Source of the DNA: a virus
Lineage: Duplodnaviria > Caudoviricetes
Virus record (IMG/VR): IMGVR_UViG_3300037455_000462
Location: 32,001 to 96,000 of that record
Direction: 5' to 3' (one strand)
DNA: 64,000 bases
Both the position numbers and the translations under genes were made by a program. Below are positions 18,398-27,706 of the stretch, one piece after another. Position 1 is the stretch's first letter. Each line of letters starts with the position of its first letter. The notes beneath the pieces are model-generated. The model saw only the letters and a program-made list of their open reading frames with translations. It had not been told where the DNA came from and did no database searches.

Positions 18398-19970
18398 CCT
18401 GCTTGGAAGCATCGGTAAACAAATCGAATTTGAGTGTCGGGTATGATTCATAATTTGTTATCTTGATGTCGCTCGGCTCTAATCTCAAAAGCCTCTCGTA
18501 TTCATCGTGGAACGGGTCAAAGGAGAGGTATATCGGAATCTCAATACCAGCCGCACCGAACAAATACGGATTTCTGTTGAGCATACGCTTCACGCCGTCA
18601 ATGTGGTTTTTGTAGATGTGTGCGTTTCCGAGAGAACCTCCGAGCATTTTCGGAATCATATTCACTGTTTTTGCGATTACACACAGCATAACGGCGTAAC
18701 TCATTATGTTGAACGGAACGCCCAAAGCCATATCGCAGGAACGCTGAATCCAACGCAGACTCAAATAATGTTTCGGCACACCATATTCTTCCATAGCGTC
18801 CTCCTCGTTGCCTTCTCTGTCATCTTCCTCGCGTATCATTCTTTCTTCAAGAATGCGCTTCCTTTCCTCGTATGGAATAGGCTCTGTGTAGAACTCCATA
18901 GCGTAGTGGCAGGGCGGCAAAGCCATCTCGTCCATACGCTTCGGATTCCAAGCGGAAACAACAAGCCGTCTGTTGTTCGGGTCGTTTTTCAATTTGTCCA
19001 TAACCTCTTTCAGTTGGTTGATTCCGCTGTTGTCGAAATCAGTCCACTGCGAACCGTAAATCACGCCGACATCGCCGTAAGTGTAAACTTTGTCACCGAA
19101 CTTGGTGGATGAACCGAATTCCACGTTCTTCATAAAAGTATCGAAGTCAACAACCTCGCATCCGTCAGCCTTCGCAAGCCTCAAATAGTATGCGTATGCG
19201 TCCTTGTCCCAAATATGAACGTTCCGCTCGACAAGATATTTGATGTTCTTGCAGCCCTGCAAAAACCAAACAAGTTCAACGACAACAGACTTCAGAGCCA
19301 TTTTCTTCGTTGTGATAACTGGCAGACCCTTGCGCAAGTCAAAATGCAGGTGGGCATCAAACAGACTTCTCGCCGTGCCGACCCTTGTCGGTGTGTCAAC
19401 GCCGTTTTCAAGAATGTCGCGAAGCAGGTTGAGATACTGCACGTCACAATGTGATTCGTGGCGTTTGCGGAAAATATTCAAAAAAATGCACTCATCGTCC
19501 TTATACACAATGTCCTTATGATACAGATTGGTGTTCAGCATATCAAAATAAGGAAAATACGTGTCGAACTTGTTTTCGTAGCCTTTCTTTATGATGCTCA
19601 AATAAACGGTGTCAGCCAAGTCGTTGTCCATCAACTCCTTGAAAAGTTTAGCACCACCGATATAATACACTTCCTTGTAACCCTCGGCTTCAACAACGCT
19701 TTCGGCTTCCGCGATGCTGCCGACTATCCTCGGCATATTCTCATCCGTGGCGTTCATAGGCGCATAGTTCTTGTCACTTGTGACAATGACATTAAATCTG
19801 TCTTTTAGGGGATGTCCTATTGATTCATAGGTCTTTCTACCCATAACAACGGCGTTGCCTTTTGTCAGTTCGACAAAACGCTTCATATCCGTTTTGTTTT
19901 TCCAAGGCATACCGCCTCCAATCCCGATTCCTCCATCGGGGCTTGCTGCTGCAACAATGTTTCTAATCAT
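18393..19970 (-). CDS. thyA: bifunctional dihydrofolate reductase-thymidylate synthase
   Basis: DHFR: GIG..GGMPW, VMGRKTYES, IGGA; TS: MALPPCH, QRSCD, GVPFN, HIY. Confidence 0.93.
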   Translation of the reverse strand: MIRNIVAAASPDGGIGIGGGMPWKNKTDMKRFVELTKGNAVVMGRKTYESIGHPLKDRFNVIVTSDKNYAPMNATDENMPRIVGSIAEAESVVEAEGYKEVYYIGGAKLFKELMDNDLADTVYLSIIKKGYENKFDTYFPYFDMLNTNLYHKDIVYKDDECIFLNIFRKRHESHCDVQYLNLLRDILENGVDTPTRVGTARSLFDAHLHFDLRKGLPVITTKKMALKSVVVELVWFLQGCKNIKYLVERNVHIWDKDAYAYYLRLAKADGCEVVDFDTFMKNVEFGSSTKFGDKVYTYGDVGVIYGSQWTDFDNSGINQLKEVMDKLKNDPNNRRLVVSAWNPKRMDEMALPPCHYAMEFYTEPIPYEERKRILEERMIREEDDREGNEEDAMEEYGVPKHYLSLRWIQRSCDMALGVPFNIMSYAVMLCVIAKTVNMIPKMLGGSLGNAHIYKNHIDGVKRMLNRNPYLFGAAGIEIPIYLSFDPFHDEYERLLRLEPSDIKITNYESYPTLKFDLFTDASKQV

Positions 19971-19971
19971 A

Positions 19972-20544
19972 TCATTTAAGGTTTTCTTGTAAATATTCCT
20001 GCGCTTTCTTGAACAACTCCCTCGTTTTCGAGAGTGAGATGCCCATAGTTTCCGATATACTTATAAAATCGGTTTTTCCGTTATGCGTCTGCTTGAAACC
20101 GAACTTCATATCAACAATGTCACGGCTGTTGCTGTCAAGTTCGCCCACAAGACGCTTGTAGTCAAGCACCAATTCCTCATAGCGGTTGTCGGTGTGCTGA
20201 CCGTGGTCTATGTCGTCACCGTTGTCGTATGTGATTGAAGTGTAGGAATGAACGATGTTCTCATAGTTTCGGAAAGCCGAATTAAGTCTGTTGTAGGGTA
20301 TTTTGACGATGTTGCGCTGCAAGTTTATCTCGTTCTTCGCGTACTCCGTCATAAGCGGTTTGCAGAAAACCCAAAAATTAGGGTTTTTCTCTTCGTCATA
20401 CCGTTCCATACTTTTGGCAACGGCAATGGCACACACCTGCCTAACGTCATTTTGGGTTTCGACATTGAAGCAGTTGAATTTGCAGAATATGTAATTAAGT
20501 ATTCTGCTGAAATCCTTTGATTTAATCAATTCCTCGAAGTTCAT
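19972..20544 (-). CDS. sigma-70-like RNA polymerase sigma factor
   Basis: Region-2-like D..Q...A..KSMERYD..K..NF; region-4 HTH ISETMGISLSKTREL. Confidence 0.65.
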   Translation of the reverse strand: MNFEELIKSKDFSRILNYIFCKFNCFNVETQNDVRQVCAIAVAKSMERYDEEKNPNFWVFCKPLMTEYAKNEINLQRNIVKIPYNRLNSAFRNYENIVHSYTSITYDNGDDIDHGQHTDNRYEELVLDYKRLVGELDSNSRDIVDMKFGFKQTHNGKTDFISISETMGISLSKTRELFKKAQEYLQENLK

Positions 20545-20828
20545 ATCTCGTCAACTTTTTTGTACATAGCATTGGTGACTGTTTCGACCGTTATATTGTC
20601 GATTGATTCGGTGTTCGGTGTTCGCGAACACACTTCAAATACGCATTTCTTCGTGTTGTAAAAGGCAAATGCGTATTGCTTAATCTTTGTCACCGCACAC
20701 AAATAACGGCTTTTGCTGTCGTTATCCGAATCGCTAAACAAATCAAGTTGAACATTTCTCTTGATGGCGTACAAAACGCCATAGCCGCCTTCAGACGGCT
20801 TCTCCTTTCTCGAATCTTTCCATTCCAT
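20541..20828 (-). CDS. hypothetical protein with internal QLDLF motif
   Basis: 95-aa ORF, overlapping start/stop with its neighbour. Confidence 0.6.
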   Translation of the reverse strand: MEWKDSRKEKPSEGGYGVLYAIKRNVQLDLFSDSDNDSKSRYLCAVTKIKQYAFAFYNTKKCVFEVCSRTPNTESIDNITVETVTNAMYKKVDEI

Positions 20829-20846
20829 AATAATTAAGTTTTATAG

Positions 20847-21626
20847 TTAATCTTTAATAATTTCCACGTTGTTGTAATCAATAGGTGTGTAAAATTTTCT
20901 GTTCTTTATCAAACCTTCAGCCTCTCTGTAATATGATATGAATTCGTCCTTCGCGATTTCGTCAATTTCGTCCTTGTTCGGTATAATCTTCACATTAGGC
21001 ACAATTTCGGTACACGAATAGTCAAATCGGTTTATCTTCACAAGAATCCTGCCTCCATCTTCCTGCACGCCATAGCAGTCCGTATAGAGAAAGTCCTTGG
21101 TTTTCTTCATAAAGTAATCGGGATATCCGTCAGTCGCGTGAATCTCCTTTTCAACAACGGGCGGCATAGCGACCGTTGGTTTCGGCTTCGGTGCTTGTGA
21201 TTCCTCCGCAACTTGTGTTCTCGGCTTCATAACGGGTTCTTGCCTGCTCGGTTTCAGATTGAGCGTGTCCTTGAAATTGGGGTTCACGTTCTTCCAAACA
21301 AACTCGCCGTTCTCATTTTTTCTTATGAAACTGTCACGCTTATTGCACAGCGCATTTATCGACACCTCATCGTGTTCGCCACCAAGCCATTTCGTGCCGA
21401 TTTCGCCAATGAGATTATACAGTTCCTCCGCTATGCGCTTCGGGCTGTAAAACTCACAATAATCCGTATACAGAGATTCACAGCACTTTTGCAAGTCGCC
21501 GTCAATAGCGGTTGTTTCCAAAACACCGTCATTGTACACAGCCTTCCAACCGCCTTCGGCGAATTGGATATTCACGTGCTTGCCGTCATCCCCGAACAGT
21601 TCTATTATCTTTGTGGTAACATCCAT
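20847..21626 (-). CDS. hypothetical protein
   Basis: 259-aa ORF in operon. Confidence 0.65.
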   Translation of the reverse strand: MDVTTKIIELFGDDGKHVNIQFAEGGWKAVYNDGVLETTAIDGDLQKCCESLYTDYCEFYSPKRIAEELYNLIGEIGTKWLGGEHDEVSINALCNKRDSFIRKNENGEFVWKNVNPNFKDTLNLKPSRQEPVMKPRTQVAEESQAPKPKPTVAMPPVVEKEIHATDGYPDYFMKKTKDFLYTDCYGVQEDGGRILVKINRFDYSCTEIVPNVKIIPNKDEIDEIAKDEFISYYREAEGLIKNRKFYTPIDYNNVEIIKD

Positions 21627-21628
21627 AA

Positions 21629-22183
21629 CTAAACATTAAACACTTTTACAAAATCACTCAAAAAGTCACAGCGGATTATCTTGTCGCATCCGCCAAGCGT
21701 GCGTGTGTCAACATATCTGTTGTACGGCGCGGAAATAAGAATACCGACACCTGCGTCAACGCCCTTGAATTTCTTCGGGTTGTCGTCAATGAAGTATTCA
21801 AGCCTGCCGAATCTGTTTTTGTCGTGGAGAAAGCACAAGTCGTTGAACTTGAAACCGTTTTTCACGAGCCATTCTATCGTGTATGTCTTTTGCAAGACAT
21901 TCGGCTGCGTGGTAAGAATCACCACATCGTTTCTTGAAGCAAGTTCATTAAACGCATCCCTTGCACCCGCGATAGGCGGCGCATCATAGAAAAGTTCCTT
22001 GACGTGCTTGTTGAAGAAAAAGTCCTCGGCGTTGTCAAGCAATGGGAAGGATTCGCCCAAATCGTAGTGGGTCATATCCTCCATAGTCTTGTTGTCGTTG
22101 AACTCCTTGTTGTACACACCGATAGCCGCGAGAGTGAAATCCCGCAACACGCCATCGACATCTATACCTATTCTATTTCTCAT
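21629..22183 (-). CDS. 5'(3')-deoxyribonucleotidase (HAD, NT5C-like)
   Basis: IDVDGVL, ILTT, FIDD, APYN. Confidence 0.85.
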   Translation of the reverse strand: MRNRIGIDVDGVLRDFTLAAIGVYNKEFNDNKTMEDMTHYDLGESFPLLDNAEDFFFNKHVKELFYDAPPIAGARDAFNELASRNDVVILTTQPNVLQKTYTIEWLVKNGFKFNDLCFLHDKNRFGRLEYFIDDNPKKFKGVDAGVGILISAPYNRYVDTRTLGGCDKIIRCDFLSDFVKVFNV

Positions 22184-22202
22184 TTGTGTATCGTTTTATG
22201 TG

Positions 22203-22340
22203 AAAAAAGCACATACCAAGAACCGCTTTTTAATCACTATGACCTATGATATTCGAATTGCTGGATAATTCTTTCTGTATGCGCAACGAGGAACGTTATT
22301 ATGACTTTGGCAATCACGGATTATGCTGCGTGTTCCTCTC
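22203..22340 (-). ncRNA. putative structured RNA/leader with two CAGCA internal-loop units ending in a U6 tract
   Basis: Stems GAGGAAC/GTTCCTC and GCGCATAC/GTATGTGC plus AAGAATT/GGTTCTT; lies between a promoter motif and TTTTTT. Confidence 0.5.
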
Positions 22341-22347
22341 AATATCT

Positions 22348-22359
22348 ATATAATAAAAA
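22348..22359 (-). promoter_or_regulatory. phage promoter-like motif TTTTTATTATAT
   Basis: Exact copy preceded by TTCGGA, 8 nt upstream of the structured element. Confidence 0.6.
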
Positions 22360-22373
22360 TATCCGAAAAATAT

Positions 22374-23519
22374 TTACCTGCAATAAATTTTTCTTTCAAG
22401 CAACTCGCCTATTTCCGTGTCATACACGACATAGTATTGACAAGGCTCTTCGTATGCAAGACCGTTGCTCATCGCAAACGTGTTGTAGCCTATGATACTG
22501 CCGTTCACAGCGGCGTTTGAAATCGAAGTGCAGCAATGGAAGTGACCGAGGAAAATTCTGTCTTGGTCGAATGTGTTGTTCCATTTCAGACTCAACCTAT
22601 TGAGTGCAGGGTATATGCCGCAAACCGTACCCGTTCCGCTTCCACGAATCTGATAGCCGTGGCAGAAGATGAACCTTCTGTTGTCATCGGTGTCAACGAT
22701 GGCAAGTTCACTGTCGGGTATGTTGAACTCTATGGGGAGTTTCAGAGCGGCACAGAACTTTTCGATGTTTTTGTACATCAACCACTCGTAACTCATCCTC
22801 ACGCCGTTTGCGTGCTGAATCTTCTTTGTGGTGCGGCTGTGGTTTCCGACAATTCCGATGAACTGAATCTGCTTCAGTTTGGTGTTCTTGCATAGGAACT
22901 CCAACCCGCTTGTGATGAGGTTCTGTGCGAGCCAAGTCGCTTCAAGCGGTGTCATACCGTTGGTCTGCGCAAGTTCATCGTGGATATATCCGCTGATAGT
23001 GTCGCCAAGACTTGCAAAAATCAGACTTTCCACGTTATCCGAATTCAAGCAGGCTGCAAGATTGTCAAAGTAGTTTTCAATCCTATGTTTCGCAATCTCG
23101 ATATTGTACTCATTCTTTCCGAGAACGGATGCCGCCGTAACGGTTTCCTCTATGTGAGCGTCAGAAAACAACGCTATCGCATATCTGCTGCCGTCAACAC
23201 GGGTTTTCGACTTGAATTCATATCGTTCAAACGGAAGCGATTCCACATCCTTGAACTTTTTGAAATTTTCAAATTCCTCTTGGTCAACTGTCGGTTGCTG
23301 AACCTGCTCCGCATCGGTTACAGACCCATTAGGGTCGGCGGTTTTGAATGTGTAAACAACTCCATTGTGCTTGTAGAAACCGTCCAACTTCAGCATTTCC
23401 GCTATTCTGTCACGGTTTTTGTGAATGTGTTTCGCGAGTTTTCTGATGCTCGTGAACGTCATTCCGTTACTGCCAACAATGGCTTGGCTCACATTCGGTT
23501 TAATTTCATAGTTTGACAT
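22374..23519 (-). CDS. calcineurin-like metallophosphoesterase with N-terminal HTH-like region
   Basis: SDAH, LGD, GNH, HG and GHFH motifs. Confidence 0.8.
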   Translation of the reverse strand: MSNYEIKPNVSQAIVGSNGMTFTSIRKLAKHIHKNRDRIAEMLKLDGFYKHNGVVYTFKTADPNGSVTDAEQVQQPTVDQEEFENFKKFKDVESLPFERYEFKSKTRVDGSRYAIALFSDAHIEETVTAASVLGKNEYNIEIAKHRIENYFDNLAACLNSDNVESLIFASLGDTISGYIHDELAQTNGMTPLEATWLAQNLITSGLEFLCKNTKLKQIQFIGIVGNHSRTTKKIQHANGVRMSYEWLMYKNIEKFCAALKLPIEFNIPDSELAIVDTDDNRRFIFCHGYQIRGSGTGTVCGIYPALNRLSLKWNNTFDQDRIFLGHFHCCTSISNAAVNGSIIGYNTFAMSNGLAYEEPCQYYVVYDTEIGELLERKIYCR

Positions 23520-23534
23520 ATTAGTTTATTTTGG

Positions 23535-24482
23535 TTATTTATTCAGTTTTCTTATTAAAATTCTTTTATAAACGCCGTTTCCGTCAATGGTAAACTGACC
23601 TCCTTCAACGCCAAACCCACCATTTCCGTCCACATCGTGTTCGTGACCGACCAACTCAAACTGCCTACTGTTGTACTTATCCATAAAGGTAACGGGTACA
23701 CCCATAGTGCCTTCATAGTCCATAGGTATATCCTCAACCTTATCGACATTGATTGCGTTGTAATTGTCGTACACAGAATATATATACGGGTCGAATTTTT
23801 TGTTTGTTTCCAAGAATTCGGGTTCAAATCCTATGTCCATATTGGTGAACCATCTTATTCCCCTAACGCGGATTGTCCTGCCCGTTTCCGTTTCACCGCC
23901 GCACGCACCATCATAGGTTTCATACCCTTTCGGAACGTCAAACACACATCCCCCGCATCTTATACTGACACCAAGGCGTATGTCCCCGCGCTTGAAATAT
24001 TGGAAAAGTTCCTTTGTCGTGACGGCATTGATGTTGCCAAGCACGACAAATTCCTTGCCGTGTTTCATAACAAGCGAAACAAATTCTCTGAAAAGCGAGA
24101 ACGGGGGATTCGTCACCACAACGTCAGCATCCTTCAAAATCTTGACACATTCCATTGAACGGAAATCGCCGTCACCATCCAAATATATGACCGATATATT
24201 ATTGCCGTCATATTCAGCGCATACTGCGCGTTTTGAATCGGCAGTCAGAAGATTGCGTTCCACATAGCAGGAAGCAATAAGTTTCTTCAAGTCGAGTTCG
24301 GCGAAGCGGTCTTTAAAATAAGCAAAGAACTTACTGACACGATAGTCATCGCAGTTGCAATACACAACCTTGCCTCTGAAAAAATCGGCATAGTGAGCCA
24401 ATTCCTTCTCGATGTCGGAATACCGAGTGTAGAACTCGTCCTTTTTGTCCTTTCTCGCTATGTTAAGCCCGCTGTTGTCCAT
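23535..24482 (-). CDS. adenine DNA methyltransferase, M.EcoRI-like family
   Basis: DEFYT, YCNCD, GDFRS.EC, VVTNPPFSLFREF, MGVPVTF. Confidence 0.85.
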   Translation of the reverse strand: MDNSGLNIARKDKKDEFYTRYSDIEKELAHYADFFRGKVVYCNCDDYRVSKFFAYFKDRFAELDLKKLIASCYVERNLLTADSKRAVCAEYDGNNISVIYLDGDGDFRSMECVKILKDADVVVTNPPFSLFREFVSLVMKHGKEFVVLGNINAVTTKELFQYFKRGDIRLGVSIRCGGCVFDVPKGYETYDGACGGETETGRTIRVRGIRWFTNMDIGFEPEFLETNKKFDPYIYSVYDNYNAINVDKVEDIPMDYEGTMGVPVTFMDKYNSRQFELVGHEHDVDGNGGFGVEGGQFTIDGNGVYKRILIRKLNK

Positions 24483-25216
24483 CAGAAAAGTTTTTTGTTT
24501 GCTTCATCAATGCGTTTGCTCGCAATGTCAAAATATTCCTGCACCAATTCAAACCCTATGAAACTGCGGTTGGTATTCACGCAGGCTACGCCCGTAGTGC
24601 CGCTGCCCATACAGTTATCAAGAACGATACCGTTTTCGGGACAATACGAGCGTATTAGGAATTCCATAAGTTCAACGGGTTTCTGTGTTGGATGGATTTG
24701 GTCTTGTCTTCTCCACATCTGCGGAAAATCAAGAACGGTGGACGGATGCCTTGTTCCTTTGTTATCGGTCTGAACACCTTTTATTCCGTATTGCATATTA
24801 TTCACGTTATTTGGTGTATATTTTCTGCTGTACGGCTTACCTTCACCCATCTGTGGTTCATAATAAGACGCACTTTCACCAAATACAAGAATCATCTCGT
24901 GCTTTTTGAGTGGCATATATTTCGCAGTAAGCGGAGAGCCGCACTTCGACTTCTTCCACACCATATCGTATCGGAAAAGCCTCTCGTTTGACAACGCCAA
25001 CTTGAACGCAAAAAGACCCGCACCGAAAAGGACAATGTTGCCTTTCGGCTTGACTATGCGTTCATAGGCAGACCACATATCTTCAAACGGAATCACAACA
25101 TCCCATCGGTTAGCCGTTGTTCCGTATGGAAGGTCACACAGAACCAAATCGACACTGTTGTCCGCAATGCCTTTCATCAGTTCTATGCAGTCCCCGTGTT
25201 GCAGGTCAATCATCAA
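24482..25216 (-). CDS. N4/N6 DNA methyltransferase (beta class)
   Basis: DLPY, HPTQKP, LDNCMGSGTTG; ends KKLF. Confidence 0.9.
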   Translation of the reverse strand: MMIDLQHGDCIELMKGIADNSVDLVLCDLPYGTTANRWDVVIPFEDMWSAYERIVKPKGNIVLFGAGLFAFKLALSNERLFRYDMVWKKSKCGSPLTAKYMPLKKHEMILVFGESASYYEPQMGEGKPYSRKYTPNNVNNMQYGIKGVQTDNKGTRHPSTVLDFPQMWRRQDQIHPTQKPVELMEFLIRSYCPENGIVLDNCMGSGTTGVACVNTNRSFIGFELVQEYFDIASKRIDEANKKLF

Positions 25217-25932
25217 AACAGACCTCCTTTCGGCGTGCTAATTTCATCAACGACACGTTTGTTAGCCATATCGCAATATGCTTCGTCCAATTCAAACCCG
25301 ATATATCTCCTATTGCTTTTCAACGCGGCTATCGCGGTAGTGCCGCTGCCCATAAACGGGTCAAGCACAACTTCGTTTTCCAACGAACTGCACTCGATAA
25401 GCGTCTGCATAAGCCCAACGGGTTTCTGTGAATTGTGTATGTTAGAACCGTCCTCGTTTTTGTCCTTCGTGTTTTGGAACGAAAGAAGGTCTGATACACC
25501 GCAATCGTATATCGGTCGCCCGCTTCCCTTCCGCAAGAAGAATATATGCTCGACTTGACCCATATAGTATGTTCCGCATATCTTCGTCCTTTTGTCCCAC
25601 ACAAGCAATTTCACGAAATGGAATCCGCTGTTTTTCACAGAATCGAAGAAATGCGGGAGGTTCACGTTGTTGCACATAATGTAACAATGCGAACCGTCTT
25701 TGAGTACACGGTAGAATTCGGGCAGATAATCGTCAATGTCAATGTCATTGTTCTCGAATATCCTTCCTTTCATCGTTAGTTCGGATTCATAATGTCCGCC
25801 CATAGTCCCGTTATTGCCCTTTGGCGTAACCCTATATGGAGGGTCTGTAGCAATAAGGTCTATACTTCCATCGGGTATCTGCTTCATACCCTCAAGGCAG
25901 TCCATATTATATATCCGATTCAGTTCAAGCAT
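25213..25932 (-). CDS. N4/N6 DNA methyltransferase (beta class)
   Basis: TDPPY, QKP, LDPFMGSGTT; ends KGGLF. Confidence 0.9.
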   Translation of the reverse strand: MLELNRIYNMDCLEGMKQIPDGSIDLIATDPPYRVTPKGNNGTMGGHYESELTMKGRIFENNDIDIDDYLPEFYRVLKDGSHCYIMCNNVNLPHFFDSVKNSGFHFVKLLVWDKRTKICGTYYMGQVEHIFFLRKGSGRPIYDCGVSDLLSFQNTKDKNEDGSNIHNSQKPVGLMQTLIECSSLENEVVLDPFMGSGTTAIAALKSNRRYIGFELDEAYCDMANKRVVDEISTPKGGLF

Positions 25933-25939
25933 TTCTTAT

Positions 25940-25951
25940 ATATAATAAAAA
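25940..25951 (-). promoter_or_regulatory. phage promoter-like motif TTTTTATTATAT
   Basis: Exact copy about 8 nt upstream of the ATG at 25932 (near-leaderless transcript). Confidence 0.55.
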
Positions 25952-25960
25952 ATCAACAAA

Positions 25961-26764
25961 TTAAAATAGAGTTTTTGGCTTTTCTTCCAATCCGTCTATG
26001 TTGTCAAGCAGCACTTCGATTATATGATACTGTTGTAGTTTCTTCATAGCGATGCAGGATTTATACGATTTCCAATCAAAGGTCTTGAGCAGGTTCAGTA
26101 TCTCGTCCTTTTTGCGATGCGTGACCTTTATTTTGTATTCACCGCTGTAATGCTCGCCGTCATTCAGAATCTTCCCCATAGTGGCATCACCCCAACAACA
26201 CATACGGATATCGTAGTCGGTTATCGAATCATAACCCGCTTTGTCTTGGCGGTAAATTGTAACACCGTCCAATTGAAATTTGCGCTGCTTGTTGAGACCG
26301 TGCCTCGGTCGCCTATAGATGTTGAAACAGCACCAAAGGTTCTTGCCAGAATAGGATGCGTAACCCAAGTCCTCCGAATAAATCAAATCAAATTTATACA
26401 GCCGAACCGTATTGTTCAACTGACCTATCGGGAGAATAAAGGCGATATAGTCACATATATCCACAGCCTTGTTGAAGAATTTGATTGCAAGACCCATTTT
26501 ATCACCATAGGGCGGATTTCCTATCACAAGCCTGCCTTTTTTATAAGGTATATCCATTTCAAGGAAGTCACCGCACTCTATGCCGTCCGCTTCGGGTTCT
26601 ATGTCAATAGCCCTGCATTCCAATAAATTGGAGAAAGAACCGCTGCCCGCCGAAGGTTCTATTATGTCGGTGATGTTATCACGACCTATAACCTCGAATG
26701 TCTTGGCGACAAGTCTTTCAGCCAAATCTGTCGGCGTATAATATTTGTCCAACCTTATTTTCAT
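25961..26764 (-). CDS. amino-DNA methyltransferase (NPPY, gamma-like order)
   Basis: DKYYTP, IEPSAGSGSF, IGNPPYG; ends KTLF. Confidence 0.85.
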   Translation of the reverse strand: MKIRLDKYYTPTDLAERLVAKTFEVIGRDNITDIIEPSAGSGSFSNLLECRAIDIEPEADGIECGDFLEMDIPYKKGRLVIGNPPYGDKMGLAIKFFNKAVDICDYIAFILPIGQLNNTVRLYKFDLIYSEDLGYASYSGKNLWCCFNIYRRPRHGLNKQRKFQLDGVTIYRQDKAGYDSITDYDIRMCCWGDATMGKILNDGEHYSGEYKIKVTHRKKDEILNLLKTFDWKSYKSCIAMKKLQQYHIIEVLLDNIDGLEEKPKTLF

Positions 26765-27705
26765 TTCGGACGCACGGGTTGGTTGGCTAAATTATCTCTG
26801 TTTTTAAGAACCACAATGCACTCGCTCGGCAAAGCCTCGCACTCGCCAAAGTCGTTCCACAGTTTAACCATATCCTCTGTCGGCTCTTCGTACACCTCGT
26901 ATGCCGTTGTCGCGAATGTTTCGGAATCCGTCCACAGAACAATGTCGCCTTTGCCGATTATATTGCCGTTGATGTCGTATGCGTGGTCTTGCGTGAACGG
27001 CTCTGACGAAGCCGACCTAACGGCGAGATGCGTGTTGCGGTCAATCCAATACTTGTGGATTGTGTAACCGTATTGTTCCAAGAAACCGAATGTCTTTCTG
27101 TGGCGTTCCTCGGTCATACCAAATACGCCCACATCGAAGCACTCGAAAATGATTGGCGGGAAATTGTTACTCACTATGGTCTTTCTCGCGCCGCACAAAA
27201 CCTCAAACTCGTGATTCTCAACGTCAATCTTGATAAGACCGATGTTCACAAATCCGTAACTGTCAAGGGTTTTTGCATTGACTATGGGCGTGTATTCATC
27301 CACGTTAAGCGAGTCAAAACCGTTGAATCTGACTTCCTTTTCTTTGTTCGAAAGAAAATCCATATACACGTCAATGTGTTCGGATTTCTCCCACAGCAGA
27401 GCGTTGGCACACAGTGCATACGCGCTTTCCTTGTTAGGCTCGAATGCGTATGCGTGTACGAAATTGGTATCCCAACAATACTCGCCGAGGTTTGCGCCGA
27501 CATCTATGATGCACTTGCTGAAATCAAAGAAACCGTCCTCGTTTCTGTTTATCTTGTTTATGCCGTCAACCTCAAGACACAAAGGAACGGGGTAATGGTC
27601 GGGGTAGTTGCTTTTCAAGCAATTAACATCCCAATCGCGCATAATCACGGAGTTCTTCGGTATTCTGACTGGAAACTTGTTGTATTCCTTGTAATAAAGT
27701 TCCAT
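26761..27705 (-). CDS. FkbM-family methyltransferase with extra C-terminal domain
   Basis: IDVGANLG, AFEP, LIKIDVE..E. Confidence 0.8.
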   Translation of the reverse strand: MELYYKEYNKFPVRIPKNSVIMRDWDVNCLKSNYPDHYPVPLCLEVDGINKINRNEDGFFDFSKCIIDVGANLGEYCWDTNFVHAYAFEPNKESAYALCANALLWEKSEHIDVYMDFLSNKEKEVRFNGFDSLNVDEYTPIVNAKTLDSYGFVNIGLIKIDVENHEFEVLCGARKTIVSNNFPPIIFECFDVGVFGMTEERHRKTFGFLEQYGYTIHKYWIDRNTHLAVRSASSEPFTQDHAYDINGNIIGKGDIVLWTDSETFATTAYEVYEEPTEDMVKLWNDFGECEALPSECIVVLKNRDNLANQPVRPK

Positions 27706-27706
27706 A

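Noticed and set aside
22203-22340. tRNA gene
   Set aside because: No cloverleaf or TTC-containing T-arm at the right spacing. No tRNA or rRNA was recognised anywhere in the window.
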